From: Octopus bimaculoides
Taxonomy: Eukaryota
Reading direction: 5' to 3'
Assembly: GCF_001194135.2 (NCBI RefSeq)
Contig: NC_068981.1
Coordinates: forward strand, 85,416,610-85,457,223
DNA: 40,614 nucleotides
Below, piece after piece: positions 10,006-22,900 of the stretch. Below the pieces are notes generated by a model that saw nothing but the letters and a program-made list of their open reading frames with translations, was not told the origin of the DNA and did not search any database. The translations under genes and the position numbers were made by a program. The first letter of the stretch is position 1, and every line of letters starts with the position of its first letter.

Positions 10006-13000
10006 TAAAATTATTCATGGGATGGTATAGATAAAATTATTGTTGTGTAATTATAAAAGCTGCGTATTTAGACTTGCTTATATTAACTTTTTTGATATCA
10101 AACTGCCTAAACCTACCCTTGGTCTTATGAAAGAAATTAATTCTCAGTGTATTAAAGTGATCTAAATTAAGATATTCTATGAAAATTCCACATTAATTTA
10201 TATTTAAAACACCAAATCAATAATGATAAAGTTATTTTAATAAATTCTTCGTTATTTTCAAAACTAGTTGAAACAAAGGCAATGTATTTCAATATGAATA
10301 TAGTGACAAAAGGGTTCATGATGCTAATTCACTCCTACATTTGCTGTCATCATTTTTGTAAGGACCAGCATTTTTGGATCAGCTTCCATAACTTCTTAGA
10401 TCTTCCTTCTTTGCAGGTTGCACCCATTTGAATCACTCAGCACCTCTTTATCAAACTGTCATCATTCATATGCTGCGCATGTTCACACAAGTAGAGCTTT
10501 TTCTTCTTACTCTTGATTCCTCTAATATCCAGCTTTTCTACCTGAATCAGTTGTGTTCCATCACTCATTTATGCAAACATGGCACATCCAGCAAAGCAAG
10601 CACATCTCATTAATTTCTAGCCTTCACAGCCCATGTTTCACTCCCATGCAACACAACATTTTGTAAACATGCATCATAGATTCTACTTGTCACTCAGAAA
10701 GAGAATCCCCTTGTTGCCTACAGAAATAATATCTCCCAGAACTCTTTCTACCCTGTTTTTATACTGGCTACTATATTTTCAGAACATCCACCACCCATGC
10801 TAATTGAGTCACATAAATAGTGAAGCCTTCTGTTTATTTGAAAGAACTTATTTCAGGAGTGTTCTTACTGTTAACTACTCTCATGTATCTGCCATTCACA
10901 AAGTCTTGCTTCTCTGTCTGTTTCTGCTCCCATTGCATCTGTTGTGGATAGCAGTTTACATTCAGTACACAATACACAATTCCTGCCTACCTAACTTCTC
11001 CTGTATTTTGAGTATGGCCACCATCCCAATAGCAACAGAGTTTTACCTTCTTTTCTGCTAACTAAAATGACACTGCTAGCTTTTCTTTGAGGATTCTTAA
11101 TTCAAAATTTTGCTTCCCATTCAAATCACAAAATCTGAAGATAATTTATACTGAACAAAGTGACATCCTAGAAAGATAAGTAAATCAAAGAGAATATTCA
11201 ACTTACTGCCGATATAAGGTATTTATTACGTTCAGCTTCAATGTCAATAAGACCTCCATTGGCTCGCTGTCTTTCAAATATGATAGCCATTTCTTCTTGT
11301 CTGGAAATGAGTTTAGTGGATAATTGGAAAGAAGTATCTTCTTGAATAGGTTCTGGAGCATTCAACCAAGAGTCTAAGTCATACAAAATGGTTTCACGAC
11401 ATACAGGACATACAACCTAAAAAAAAAAAAAGTAGTTTATAAAACATTAATTTCACAAAACTGAAATTTACACAAAAATGAATTGGGGCTTTTTTTTTTT
11501 CTGACAAAGAATTGGAATCTAATGGAGAAAATTCAGAGAACTTTTACCTCTGTTGGCAACCAAAAGTTTCTCTGAGTGAAGGGAAGATTGTATGATACAT
11601 ATGTATGAACTGTGATATTGCATGGTAATGAGATATGGGACCTGAATGTGGAGGATATGCAAAAGCTGGAGAGAAACGAAGCTGGTATGCTCCACTGGAT
11701 GTGCAATGTCAGTGTGCATGTGTGACAGAGCATTGGTGTATTGAGAGAGAAGTTGGACATAAGGGGAATTAGATGCAATGTACAAGAGAGTAGAGTGCAC
11801 TGGTTTGGTCATGTGATGCAGATGGTTGGGGACAGTTGCATAAAGAAGTGCTGATCACTTAAAGTGGAGGGAGGTTGTGGAAGAGAGAGACCCAGGAAGA
11901 CATGGAGCGAAATATTGAAGGCTGATCTCAAAACGCTGAGCCTTAGGAAGATATGTGGAAGATATGTGGAGCATTGCTGTACACAAAAAGACTTGCCCAC
12001 CACAACAGAACTGAGATCCTAAAACCAAAGTGCCACATAAAAAGCATTAGTATGGGAGTTGGAGCCACGTAAAAGCACTGGTTATAGTGCCATGTAAAAA
12101 GTACTCAGTGCACTATGTGGGGTGGTTGGTGTTAGGAAGGACATCCAGATGTAGAAGCTAAGCCAAAACAGACTATAGAACCTGGTGCAGCCCCTGGACT
12201 TGCCAATTCCTGTCGAAAGTGGGTAGGGTAGAAGGGTGTATGAGCAGAATGCTATGAGTTGGGGGAGAGAGATAGAGGGATGCAGGTGAGGGAGGGGGCA
12301 AGATGCAGGAGATGCAAAGTTCATACATTTGTCAGGGGTGGGGTAACAACAAGAGATAGGGAAGGGAATGGAATGGTTGGGTAGTTTACAGGAGCTGACA
12401 AGGAAAGAAGCAGGCAGCCTAATGCATGGGAGGTAGGGGGGTGAATCACTATAATGTAGGCTGAGAATACCATAATACATAGCACTTCAAGAACTCAATT
12501 TTGCTGAATATGTATGTGTGAGTCAGTGCACAAGGAAGCAAGCAGAACCAGCTCCCAGGAGTACACATCCCAAACAAAAAAACAATTTTGTTTTTGTTTG
12601 GGATATGTACATCTGAATACAAAACTAATGTATTCTGGATGCTAATTAATCCTCTAAGCATCCAAAATACAGGCTGAAGGTAAGACAGAAATGCAATATA
12701 CCAAGATAATCTAAAATAAATTTTGTTATATAAATTTATAGAAATAAACGTGTAACTTTCATACAACTCATTCCAATACTGGCACCCAGTTATGCACTGC
12801 TAAGCTAAGATATTCTCTCATTTTTTTCAATCTTTTCATTCATTCATTCATTACCAATATGCATTATTTACTAATATGTACTTTCATAAACTAATTATTT
12901 AAATTGACTCTTCAATATATAACTTCCTAAGCTCTCTCTCTTTCTCTCAGTCTTAGTTTTCTCCTTAATTCTTCATGTAATTTCCAAATGAAATCGCTCT

Positions 13001-13909
13001 AATACCCTTAGTTCTCTTTTCTTCCTGTGTTTCCATGTTGGTTACATATTTTCTCATATCATCATCATCATCGTTTAACGTCCGCTTTCCATGCTAGCAT
13101 GGGTTGGATGATTTGACTGAGGACTGGTGAACCAGATGGCTACACCAGGCTCCAATCTGATTTGGCAGAGTTTCTACAGCTGGATGCCCTTCCTAACGCC
13201 AACCACTCCGAGAGTGTAGTGGGTGCTTTTACGTGCCACCGGCACGAAGGCCAGTCAGGAGGTACTGGCAACGGCCACACTCGAAATGGTGTATTTTACG
13301 TGCCACCTGCACAGGAGCCAGTCCAGCGGTACTGGCAATGAACTCGCTCGAATGTCTTTTCACGTGCCACTGGCACAAGTGCCAGGAAGGCGACATTGGT
13401 AACGGTCATGCTCAAATGTTGCTATTTACATGCCACCGGCACGAAAGCCAGACAGCTGGTGCTCTGGCAATGATCATGCTCGGACCTCTTAAATAACCCT
13501 TGCCTCAGATTTTTTATTTCCCTTCATGTTTCATGTTGGCTAAATATTTTTCATACTATCTCTTAATCCTTCCTTTCACTATGGCTTCTTGTGCTATTCT
13601 CTACTACCCAGGACGAAAATGCCCATTCATAATGTCCACTTCCAGTTGTAGCATATATGATGCTCCAGCATGGCCACAGTCAAAAAATTGAAACAAGTAA
13701 AAGAGTACCTTTCACACATGTTCCCCTCTCAAACTTTCATGCAACTCATTCCAGTGTTGGTATCTATTGGCACCCAGTTATGCACTGCAAAGCTAAGATA
13801 TTCTCACATTTTTTCAGTCTTTTCATTCATTCATTACCAATATGCATTATTACTAATATGTACTTTCGTAAACTAATTACTTAAATTGAGTCTTCAATAT
13901 ATAACTTCC

Positions 13910-13947
<38 letters not shown>

Positions 13948-16900
13948 CTTAGTTTTCTCCTTAATTCTTCGTGTAATTTCCAAATGAAGTCTCACTAATA
14001 ACCTTAGTTCTCTTTTCGTCTTGTGTTTCCATGTTGGCTACATATTTTTTCATACTATCTCTTAAATAACCTTTGCTTGTTCACAGTGCGCCCGCCCACT
14101 CCTGCCCCCACCACCAAAACCGGATGTCTCTCTTCTCTCACCGGAAACCCCTTCCCTCACTGGTGATATCCTCTATTGTACCTGCAATTTCGCCTCCCTC
14201 CTCTTCCTCTCTCCCTCCCGGGACTAACACAACTGGTTTAGCAGCCCACCTACTTAATCTAACATTGCCATATTGATATTTATATTTACTCTTATTTATT
14301 TATACTTATATCTGCAGCTTAAATTTACAATGTTCATAACGCTGATATTTACAATGCCATTAACACTTACGCCTACCCCCAGTAGGGGCAACAATCTTAA
14401 CGTGCTTGAATGTTTGAATTATGACAGGTCAAAAGTGAGAACAGGTATAGCATGTCAATCAAATGAACACGGAAACCTTTTCAGGTGCTGAATAACATCT
14501 CCCTTTCTCATACCTCCTCCCACATTCCTTTCCTTGAGGTTAGAAGGATGCTAAGAAGCAGACCAATCCAGAAGAGAAGGATTTGGAAGCTTAAGAACCC
14601 TTCACACGGTCAGAGACTTAGGGACATCCTCATTGATAAATTTGATGAGTGGGAGGAGGAGCTACAGACTTGTGACATAGAAAGTAACTGGAAATTCCTA
14701 TGTGACAGCTTATTGAGCGCCACAGACCAAATCTGTGGCCGGTGCAAAGTCCCTTCCAGGTAATATGGTGGTGGAATAATATGGTAAACAGGGCCATTAG
14801 AGCAAAGAAACAGGCCTGGAAAACCTGGAAGAGTTGGGGTAGCAGGGAACTGTACCAGATAGCCAGAAGGAAGGTAGGGAGACAGGTGTATATACAGCCA
14901 AGGGAGAAGCAGAAAAGAAGTTTGTCAATGTTCAATGACATGAGGACCAAAGAACTAAAGTATTTCGGATTGCAAGATAGTGTGTGAGAGAAAATTGTGA
15001 TGTTACAGGAAAGAAAGGTGTCCACATGGATGATGGTGCACTTGTTTTTAATGATTCTGCAAAGAAAGAGGCTTGGAGATGCCATTATGAAAGACTGCTG
15101 AATATGGAGAATAAATGAGAGGAGGAGAGCCTACCAAATGTTGACCCAGTTGGACCAGTTACCCGAATCAATAGCACACTGGTAGATAAAGCAATTAAGG
15201 ATATAAAAGCAGGAAAAGCCCCTGGCCCATCATGAATGACTGTTGAGATGCTTAAAATATCTGATGGTGTGGGTTATAGTCTAATCACCCGTATTGTAAA
15301 GCAGGTAGTTCACAAAGGAGTTATACCTTATGACTGGTGTAGCAGCACCATAGTCAACTGCTACAAAGGTAAGGTTGATGCTTTAGATAAAAATAACTAC
15401 AGGGGTATCAAACTGCTGGATCAGGTGATGAAGGTCACTGAAAGGGTCATAGCCTAACTAATTAGGGACATAAAATGATCACTTGAACATCATTCAAATG
15501 CACCATATGACTTCACTTAATTGTTTCAAACTACCAACATTTTGTTTTCATCTTATTGGTACCACCCTGTTTTAATGGCACTTTATAGTTTGGTTCAGTA
15601 GCATATCTTAGGAAGGGCAACCTATGCATCCTCAACACTTGACCGAACCAAACTGTGAAATGCATTGACAAAAATCCAAACCTTCAGAAAGTGGAAGAAG
15701 TATGTCAAGAAGAGGAGGAAGAGATGCTTGGCATTTCAGGCAGAGCTCTTCAGTTTCAGGGAAGTCTTCTGTTTTCTTTTGATATAAATGAATATATTAT
15801 GTAAGTGAATACATGAACTTATGTGATTAGAGTGAGATTTGGATGCTATTCTAGATCAAGTTCCATCCTTTGTACCTCTGGTATTAGAGGGTGAAAGTAA
15901 ATGGCTGATAAACTAGTCTAAAATAAGACAGCTTCATTGTGCTTAGCTGGCACATAGCAATGATAGCAGTGATAAAAGATTAAGGAAAGTATATTTCATT
16001 CTATTGTCTTATTAATATCATAATTGTCTTAATTTATACTACTCCTACCCTGTTCTCTCTCCCTCTCTTTATCTCACACACACAACATTTTAGATTATAT
16101 TCAATTACATCAAGTTTCTTTTCTCAAAACAGACATAAATCAGAAATATAATTTCTCAGCACCTAAATTTACATTTGAAGAAAATGTTTCAACAAGGGCT
16201 AATTGCAAAGCTTGATTACATGACATTCGAGAGAAAAGCAACATAGCAAGCATCGAAGTAAAATGCTAATAGTCACCTGTACTGTGCTTTATCACAGATA
16301 AATATATTTAGATATGAGTGACCCAGATAAAGTATACAAGGGGATACCCAAAAGAAACCAGAATTTTGCAATATTATTCTATTCACTTAGTTTTATATGT
16401 TTACATTTTTACTGCCTTCAAAGAATTCTCCATTTGAAGAAATACATTGGTCCAGATGCATTTTCCACTGTTCCAAGTAGTGCTGGAACTCTTACAAAGT
16501 GATGCCTTTTAATGCCTCCATTATTTTTTTCTTCACCTCTCCCATATCTGCAAAGCGTTTTCCATTAAGGACTTTCTTCATTCGGGGGCAAAAAGAAGTC
16601 GGAGAGAGCAAGAATAGGGAGTGAATAGGGAGTGTGAGTAAGTGTCATGCCATTTTGGGTGAAAAACTGTCTCATGGGCCATGGTAACACTGAATGCTTC
16701 CATTGACTCGATTGCAGCTTCGTTTCCGGGTCATAGCCATAGCAGCTTTCATCACCAGTGATGACCCTCAAAAAAAAGGTTTGGATCAACTTCCAACTGT
16801 TCTTTCATTTCACAACACGCATTCAATCGTAACTGCTTTTGATCTTCCGTGAGCAAGCAAGGCACAAATTTTGCTGCAATTCTTTTCATTTGCAATTCCT

Positions 16901-19900
16901 CACTCAAAATTCGTTGGCAGGAGCTCCAGGACACACCAGCCATATCAACAAGTTTGTCAATTGTTCGGAGATGGTCCTCTATGATCACTTCATGAATTTT
17001 CATGATGTTTTCATTCGTTCAAGAAGTCGATGATTGCCCCGAACAATGTTGGTCCTCAAGCGACAGGTGACCATTCCTAAAGCATGAAAACCACTCGTAA
17101 ACTTATGTTTTGCTCATAGCAGAGTCTTTCTAAGCTGTTGAGGTATGACAACTCTTTCAGCCACCATTTTCCCCAGGCAGAAAACAGAATTTGGATCTTT
17201 TCCATTTGGCTGCCTATTTCAATTTCTGGTCAAACTGATTTCATATTCAGTGTAATGATACTTTCATAGACTAATCAATGCCATGAAAATCATTTTCGCT
17301 ATAAATCAATAAATAAAGAGTTATTAGCTATTAAAGTTTTTAAATTTTGGGTAATTTTAGCCAATCATAAGCCACAGACACATTCATGCCCATTTCCATA
17401 GTAACAAGCCAAACATGAGAACTCTTTTGTCAGCGAGAAAGCACATGCTAACAAATATATTGAAACCACTTGTTGATGCCGTGTTCTGCTGTTTTACCCA
17501 CCAAAATGCATCCCGAATGCTTAAATGTTTGTTTTGTTTTTTTTATATTTAATTTGTAACGTGTTGGTTATTGCATTAAATACATATTGAATGCTTAAAA
17601 CTACAAAAGGTGTTTTGTTTACTCATTTTCTGCATGTAGAATATAAATATTTACAACACGTTCTATTTTCAGGATGTTGACAAAATGTGCTTTCATGCAC
17701 AAAATGACAGCTTCCAAATTCTGTTTCTTGATTGCATGAAAATGATGAAACTTTCAACCTCTATAACCTCTTTTAAAAATTCTTTTGGAAAAAGTGAAAT
17801 AACTCCAGCAATTCAGCTTGCAAAACTACATTAATGTACCAAATTTTTTAATTTTCGAAACCTTGGCAGCCAAACGGAAAAGATCCCAAAATTTCAAGGA
17901 AGTACGCTGTTCCTTCGTTTCAGCCATCATAAAAATCAATGAACAGGGGAGATGCACAGTAAAACAATGAGGCCCCATGTGACAGTACAACCTCAGTGGA
18001 AGACCCCAATCGGCAGACTGATGGCTGAGGATTGCATCAGGTGGCCTCTAGCAGCAGAAGCCTGAACTACAACAGAAAATATTCCTGGTTTCTTTTGAGT
18101 AACCTCTCGTATTTCACCAAAAGAGGCAGCATATGTAATTAGTGACAAGGGAAACAACTCTTTAAATTACTGCATAACAAAATTTTTTTAATGTCTTTTT
18201 TCTTCTTTTGCAAGGATTTGGTTGTCTTGTGGTATATAAGTGCCTTCATCAACATTTTAATAATATTTAATTAAACACTATTTTGAAGTTGAAGAATCAC
18301 CTGACAATGAAGTCAAGCTGCTCACTGCAACATATATCCAAGTTTTTTTCAATGAAAAAGCATCTTTAGGTAAGCCACATTCAAGTAATCAAATTTAAAA
18401 TCAGTAACCCATTTTATGTAGGTTTAACTAGCAGAGACGTTTGAGCAGTTGACAAAATGCCTCACAGTATTTTTTCCAATACCCTGCTCACTAAGTTCAA
18501 ATCCCACCAAGGCCAACTCTGCTTTTCATCATTCTGTGATCCAATTTAAGATGAGAGATTAACAGATCTGTTGAACTAATAGGACATCAGTGCGCCATGC
18601 AGTCCTTGTTCCAGCTCTTTGTGATGACAGCAATGCCTGCAACATCACTGATATCAACCTGTATTGAACCGCTCTTGGATATCAACGGTGAGACGGCGAG
18701 CAAGGAGACTTTCATGCACAGGCAACTGATAATCATCCACACAAAAGATAACTTGCCCAGATCTGCACTTTGGAGAGGAGCATTGCAGATGCAGAAACCC
18801 ATGGTTAGCAATACCCAAAGGGAGTTCCAGTGACCTTCAGCTTGATTTAACCCTTTAGCATTCAGATTAATCTATCAAATGTAATGCTTATATATTCATA
18901 TTGTATTGAATTAATAATGCAAATTTATTGTAGCTTCAAGATTTCAATGTGAATGTTTATTTTAAGAATAACATTGGGGGCAGCTGTGAGTGGCCAGATC
19001 TAGCCAGTTTGAAAGTAAAACTGGTAGAATATTTAGATATGGCTTGTTAAAGGGTGAAGAGAAGAAAGGACATTTTGCCACTCAGATGATCAAAAATAAT
19101 TTAAGTTCTTCACATACAGATCTAATAACTGTACCTCAACATAGGCATAGAAAATATAAGAAAAAAGAGACAGCATAAATTTTATCACCTCTTTTTCTGC
19201 AGTGTTCTCATTAATCTTTGAAGGAGTTGAAGATGTTGCAGAGTTAGCACCATCTTCTGTGACATCATTCAGACAATGTTCAACGTATCTTCCAAGACAA
19301 TGGCAATGAAAGTAGTGGTAACATTCAGTACGAGTGAATTCTTCAAACTCTTTGAAATGTTGCAGGCAGATGACACAGTGTTGTCTGGGTATGTTGCCTT
19401 CAGTAAGGCTTTCTTTGGCAAGCTGAGGAAGAAAAAAAGATCAGAGCAAATTATAGAATTTACAAACACATGGTATTCAGAAAAAATGTCAAAGAAAAAT
19501 GATAAAAATAAAGTGCTATAAATATTTTTTGAAGCAAGTATAATCTCTATCTCTACCAGGGAGTAGGAAGGAGTTACACCTGTTATCAACTATACACTGA
19601 GAGAGGTGGAGTTATGTATCTTATCAATGCGCATCTAACCCAATCACCAAATACAACCTTAGCACTTTTAGCCACCAACTACATTTGCTTACAGTAATGT
19701 TTTATGAAATGTGGAGAAATATTGGACTTCTTAAATAGGCACAAAGTCATACATTTTACAGCAAGAATATAGATGATTATAATTTCTTCACTGCAAATAG
19801 TTCAGCTCTTTTCAATGTTATCCTGAAACAAATTAAAGTAGAAAAAGACCCAACTTTCAAATGGTACCTAGACAAATTGCTCCAGGAAATACCGGATAAA

Positions 19901-22900
19901 CCACTTACACATGGATATGTCTCAGCCAACAACTCTCTGCTTGAGTGGTCCATGGTGTCTTGAAATAATTAAAAGACTTTTCCCGGTGGTGCTATTGAGT
20001 TAGTCATGATCTGGGACGATAATGACCAAAACCAATCTTAGTTATCTAAGTTATTGAACTGAATACTTTCACTACTTCTTTTATAAACCTGGAAGAATGA
20101 ATGGCAAAGTCAACCATGGTGGGATTTGAACTCAGAATGTAATGGTATACAACTAAATAATGATTACATTTAGTCCAAATTTCTACCAATAATGCAGATA
20201 CACCATTCCTGTTAAGAAATATTACAGTGCTTACTTTTTGTTTTTTTCTTACTTAGCAGCAAGTATAATCTTTGGATGAGAATGGATTATAAAAGAAGCT
20301 GACGGTTAAAAAGCAATAAAATGACAACGGGAAATAGGGAACTAATCAACTAAAAATAACTAAGGGTCCCACTGTTTTTTCATTTAGCTAAATCTCGTTT
20401 GACGCAGACCTAACCACCTTCAACGAGCAAAGGATAACTATTAGCTAATGTAGTTGTAAATAGCCATAAAATTATGGGATGGTTAAAGCTGGAATGCTTC
20501 TGATCAAAGATTTCCTCACTCAAGTGTGACTTGAGACTAAACAACTTTATCATAAAAGGCAACACAGTTAAAAGAGACAACTCATCAGCTATCCAATATT
20601 TCTGTGAGTGTTTACGATTTTACTCATCACTCTTGTAGCATACCCTAATCTCTAAAATAAAAAATATCCAATACAGGACATAGTTGCAGGCAGAGCTGTG
20701 TGGTCTAGGATTTTCACACTGGGCAGTACCTTGGATAAATGTCTTCTACTATAGCACTGGGCTGACCAAAACTCTGTGTGGATTCGGTAGATGGAAATTA
20801 TTATTGTCCTTCATTGGACACCAAACTCCACTTGTGAAGCCCTGTTGAGGCAAGTGAAATCGAAATCAAATTAAATTCGATGACTGGCACCCATGCCAAC
20901 GTCGTCTCCTTCATTGGACACGAAACTCAGCTTGCGAAGACCTGTTGGGGCAAGCGAAAGCAAAATCGTGATGGCACCTGTGCCCAGCGTCGCCTCTCTA
21001 GCACTTGTGCCCGCGGCATGTGTAAGGACTTTCGAGCGAGATCGTTGCCAGTGCTCTGGACTGGCTCTTGTGCGGGTGGCACATAAAATACACCATTTTG
21101 AGCGTGGCCGTTGCCAGTACCACCTGACTGGNNNNNNNNNNNNNNNNNNNNNNNNNNNNNNNNNNNNNNNNNNNNNNNNNNNNNNNNNNNNNNNNNNNNN
21201 NNNNNNNNNNNNNNNNNNNNNNNNNNNNNNNNNNNNNNNNNNNNNNNNNNNNNNNNNNNNNNNNNNNNNNNNNNNNNNNNNNNNNNNNNNNNNNNNNNNN
21301 NNNNNNNNNNNNNNNNNNNNNNNNNNNNNNNNNNNNNNNNNNNNNNNNNNNNNNNNNNNNNNNNNNNNNNNNNNNNNNNNNNNNNNNGCCAGTACCGCCT
21401 GACTGGCCTTCGTGCAGGTGACACGTAAAAGCACCCACTACACTCTCTGAGTGGTTGGCGTTAGGAAGGACATCCAGCTGTAGAAACTCTGCCAAATCAG
21501 ATTGGAGCCTGGTGTTGCCATCCAGTTTCACCAGTCCTCAGTCAAATCGTCCAACCCATGCTAGCATGGAAAGCGGACGTTAAACGATGATGATGATGAT
21601 GATGATATATATGTATGTGTGTGTGTATGTTTGTCCCCACAACATCGCTTGACAACCGATGCTGGTGTATTTACGTCCCCATAACTTAGTGGTTCGGCAA
21701 GAGAGACCGATAGAATAAGTACTAGGCTTACAGAATAAGTCCTGGGGTCGATTTGCTTGACTAAAGGCGGTATTCCAGCATGGCCACAGTCAAATTACTG
21801 AAACAAGTAAAAGAATATATATATATATATAGACACACACGTATGTCTCTGTTAGTCAGTCAGTGTGTGCATGCAAATGCATGTGTAATATGTCAGTGAG
21901 TTTGTCTATATCTCACTGCATCTACAAAAAAAGATTCCACTTGCTTTGCATCTTCAAAAGTATATGGAATAAAAAACTCCTTATTTGAAAGACAAGTTAA
22001 GGGTTTGTGACAGGCAGAGTATCCAGTTGTAAAACAATGCCTCAATAACATTCATCTACTCCATGAAAGCATAGAAAAATAGACTATACAATGGACAAAA
22101 AAAAACATTTGGGGATTGTATTTAGAAGATGAGTTGCAGATGTCAATGAATGATTGTGGCAGCACCAAAACTGAATGAGATATCACATCATATCACAGTT
22201 CTTTTGTTGTCGTGGCTGTATGTTCTTTCTTACTCCAAAATTATTAGAGTGAAAAGCAATAATATAGTATTATATAGAATTCTTTTGTATGCTTTATGGT
22301 GTTAGTTGCTAAGGTTTCAATTAATGATCATCTATTTTGGAGTCCAGCACTTATTCCTTATCTTCAGAGCTGTCATGTTAAAAGTGAAAGGTACTCACTT
22401 CAAACAATTCATACAACATAGGTCCACCTTTTCTTTCATCAGCCAACTCTTTTAAAGATGTTTCAAGTCTGAAATGAGATAAATGAAAATATGCTTTTGA
22501 AATAAAATCCAATAAAATTTGTTTAGAGTTGTTAAAGATTGGGTTGACATAGGAAATCATAAACACCATCATAACCATTGTAATATTCACTTTTCCATGC
22601 ATGCATGGCTCAGATAGAAATTGTTGAGGTAGATTTTCTATGGCTGGTACTGTTCCTATTTCCAACCTTTACCTGTTTCCAAGTAAGGTAATATTTCCCC
22701 AAAGCCAGACATGTTTTCATAGAAGACTGGAAACAAAAGACACTGTTGTATGACAGTGACACCTGTTTACAATTATCACACAATGTGAAGGCATGAAGAC
22801 ACCAACTCTCTCTAACATATGTTACCATCTATTAAATCCACTCATAAGGCTTTATTTGGCTCAGGGCTATAGCAGAAGACACTTGCCCAAGGTACCACTC

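Noticed and set aside
20871-21531. ORFs of 105-187 aa
   Set aside because: They are open only because they cross the N gap and SINE sequence.
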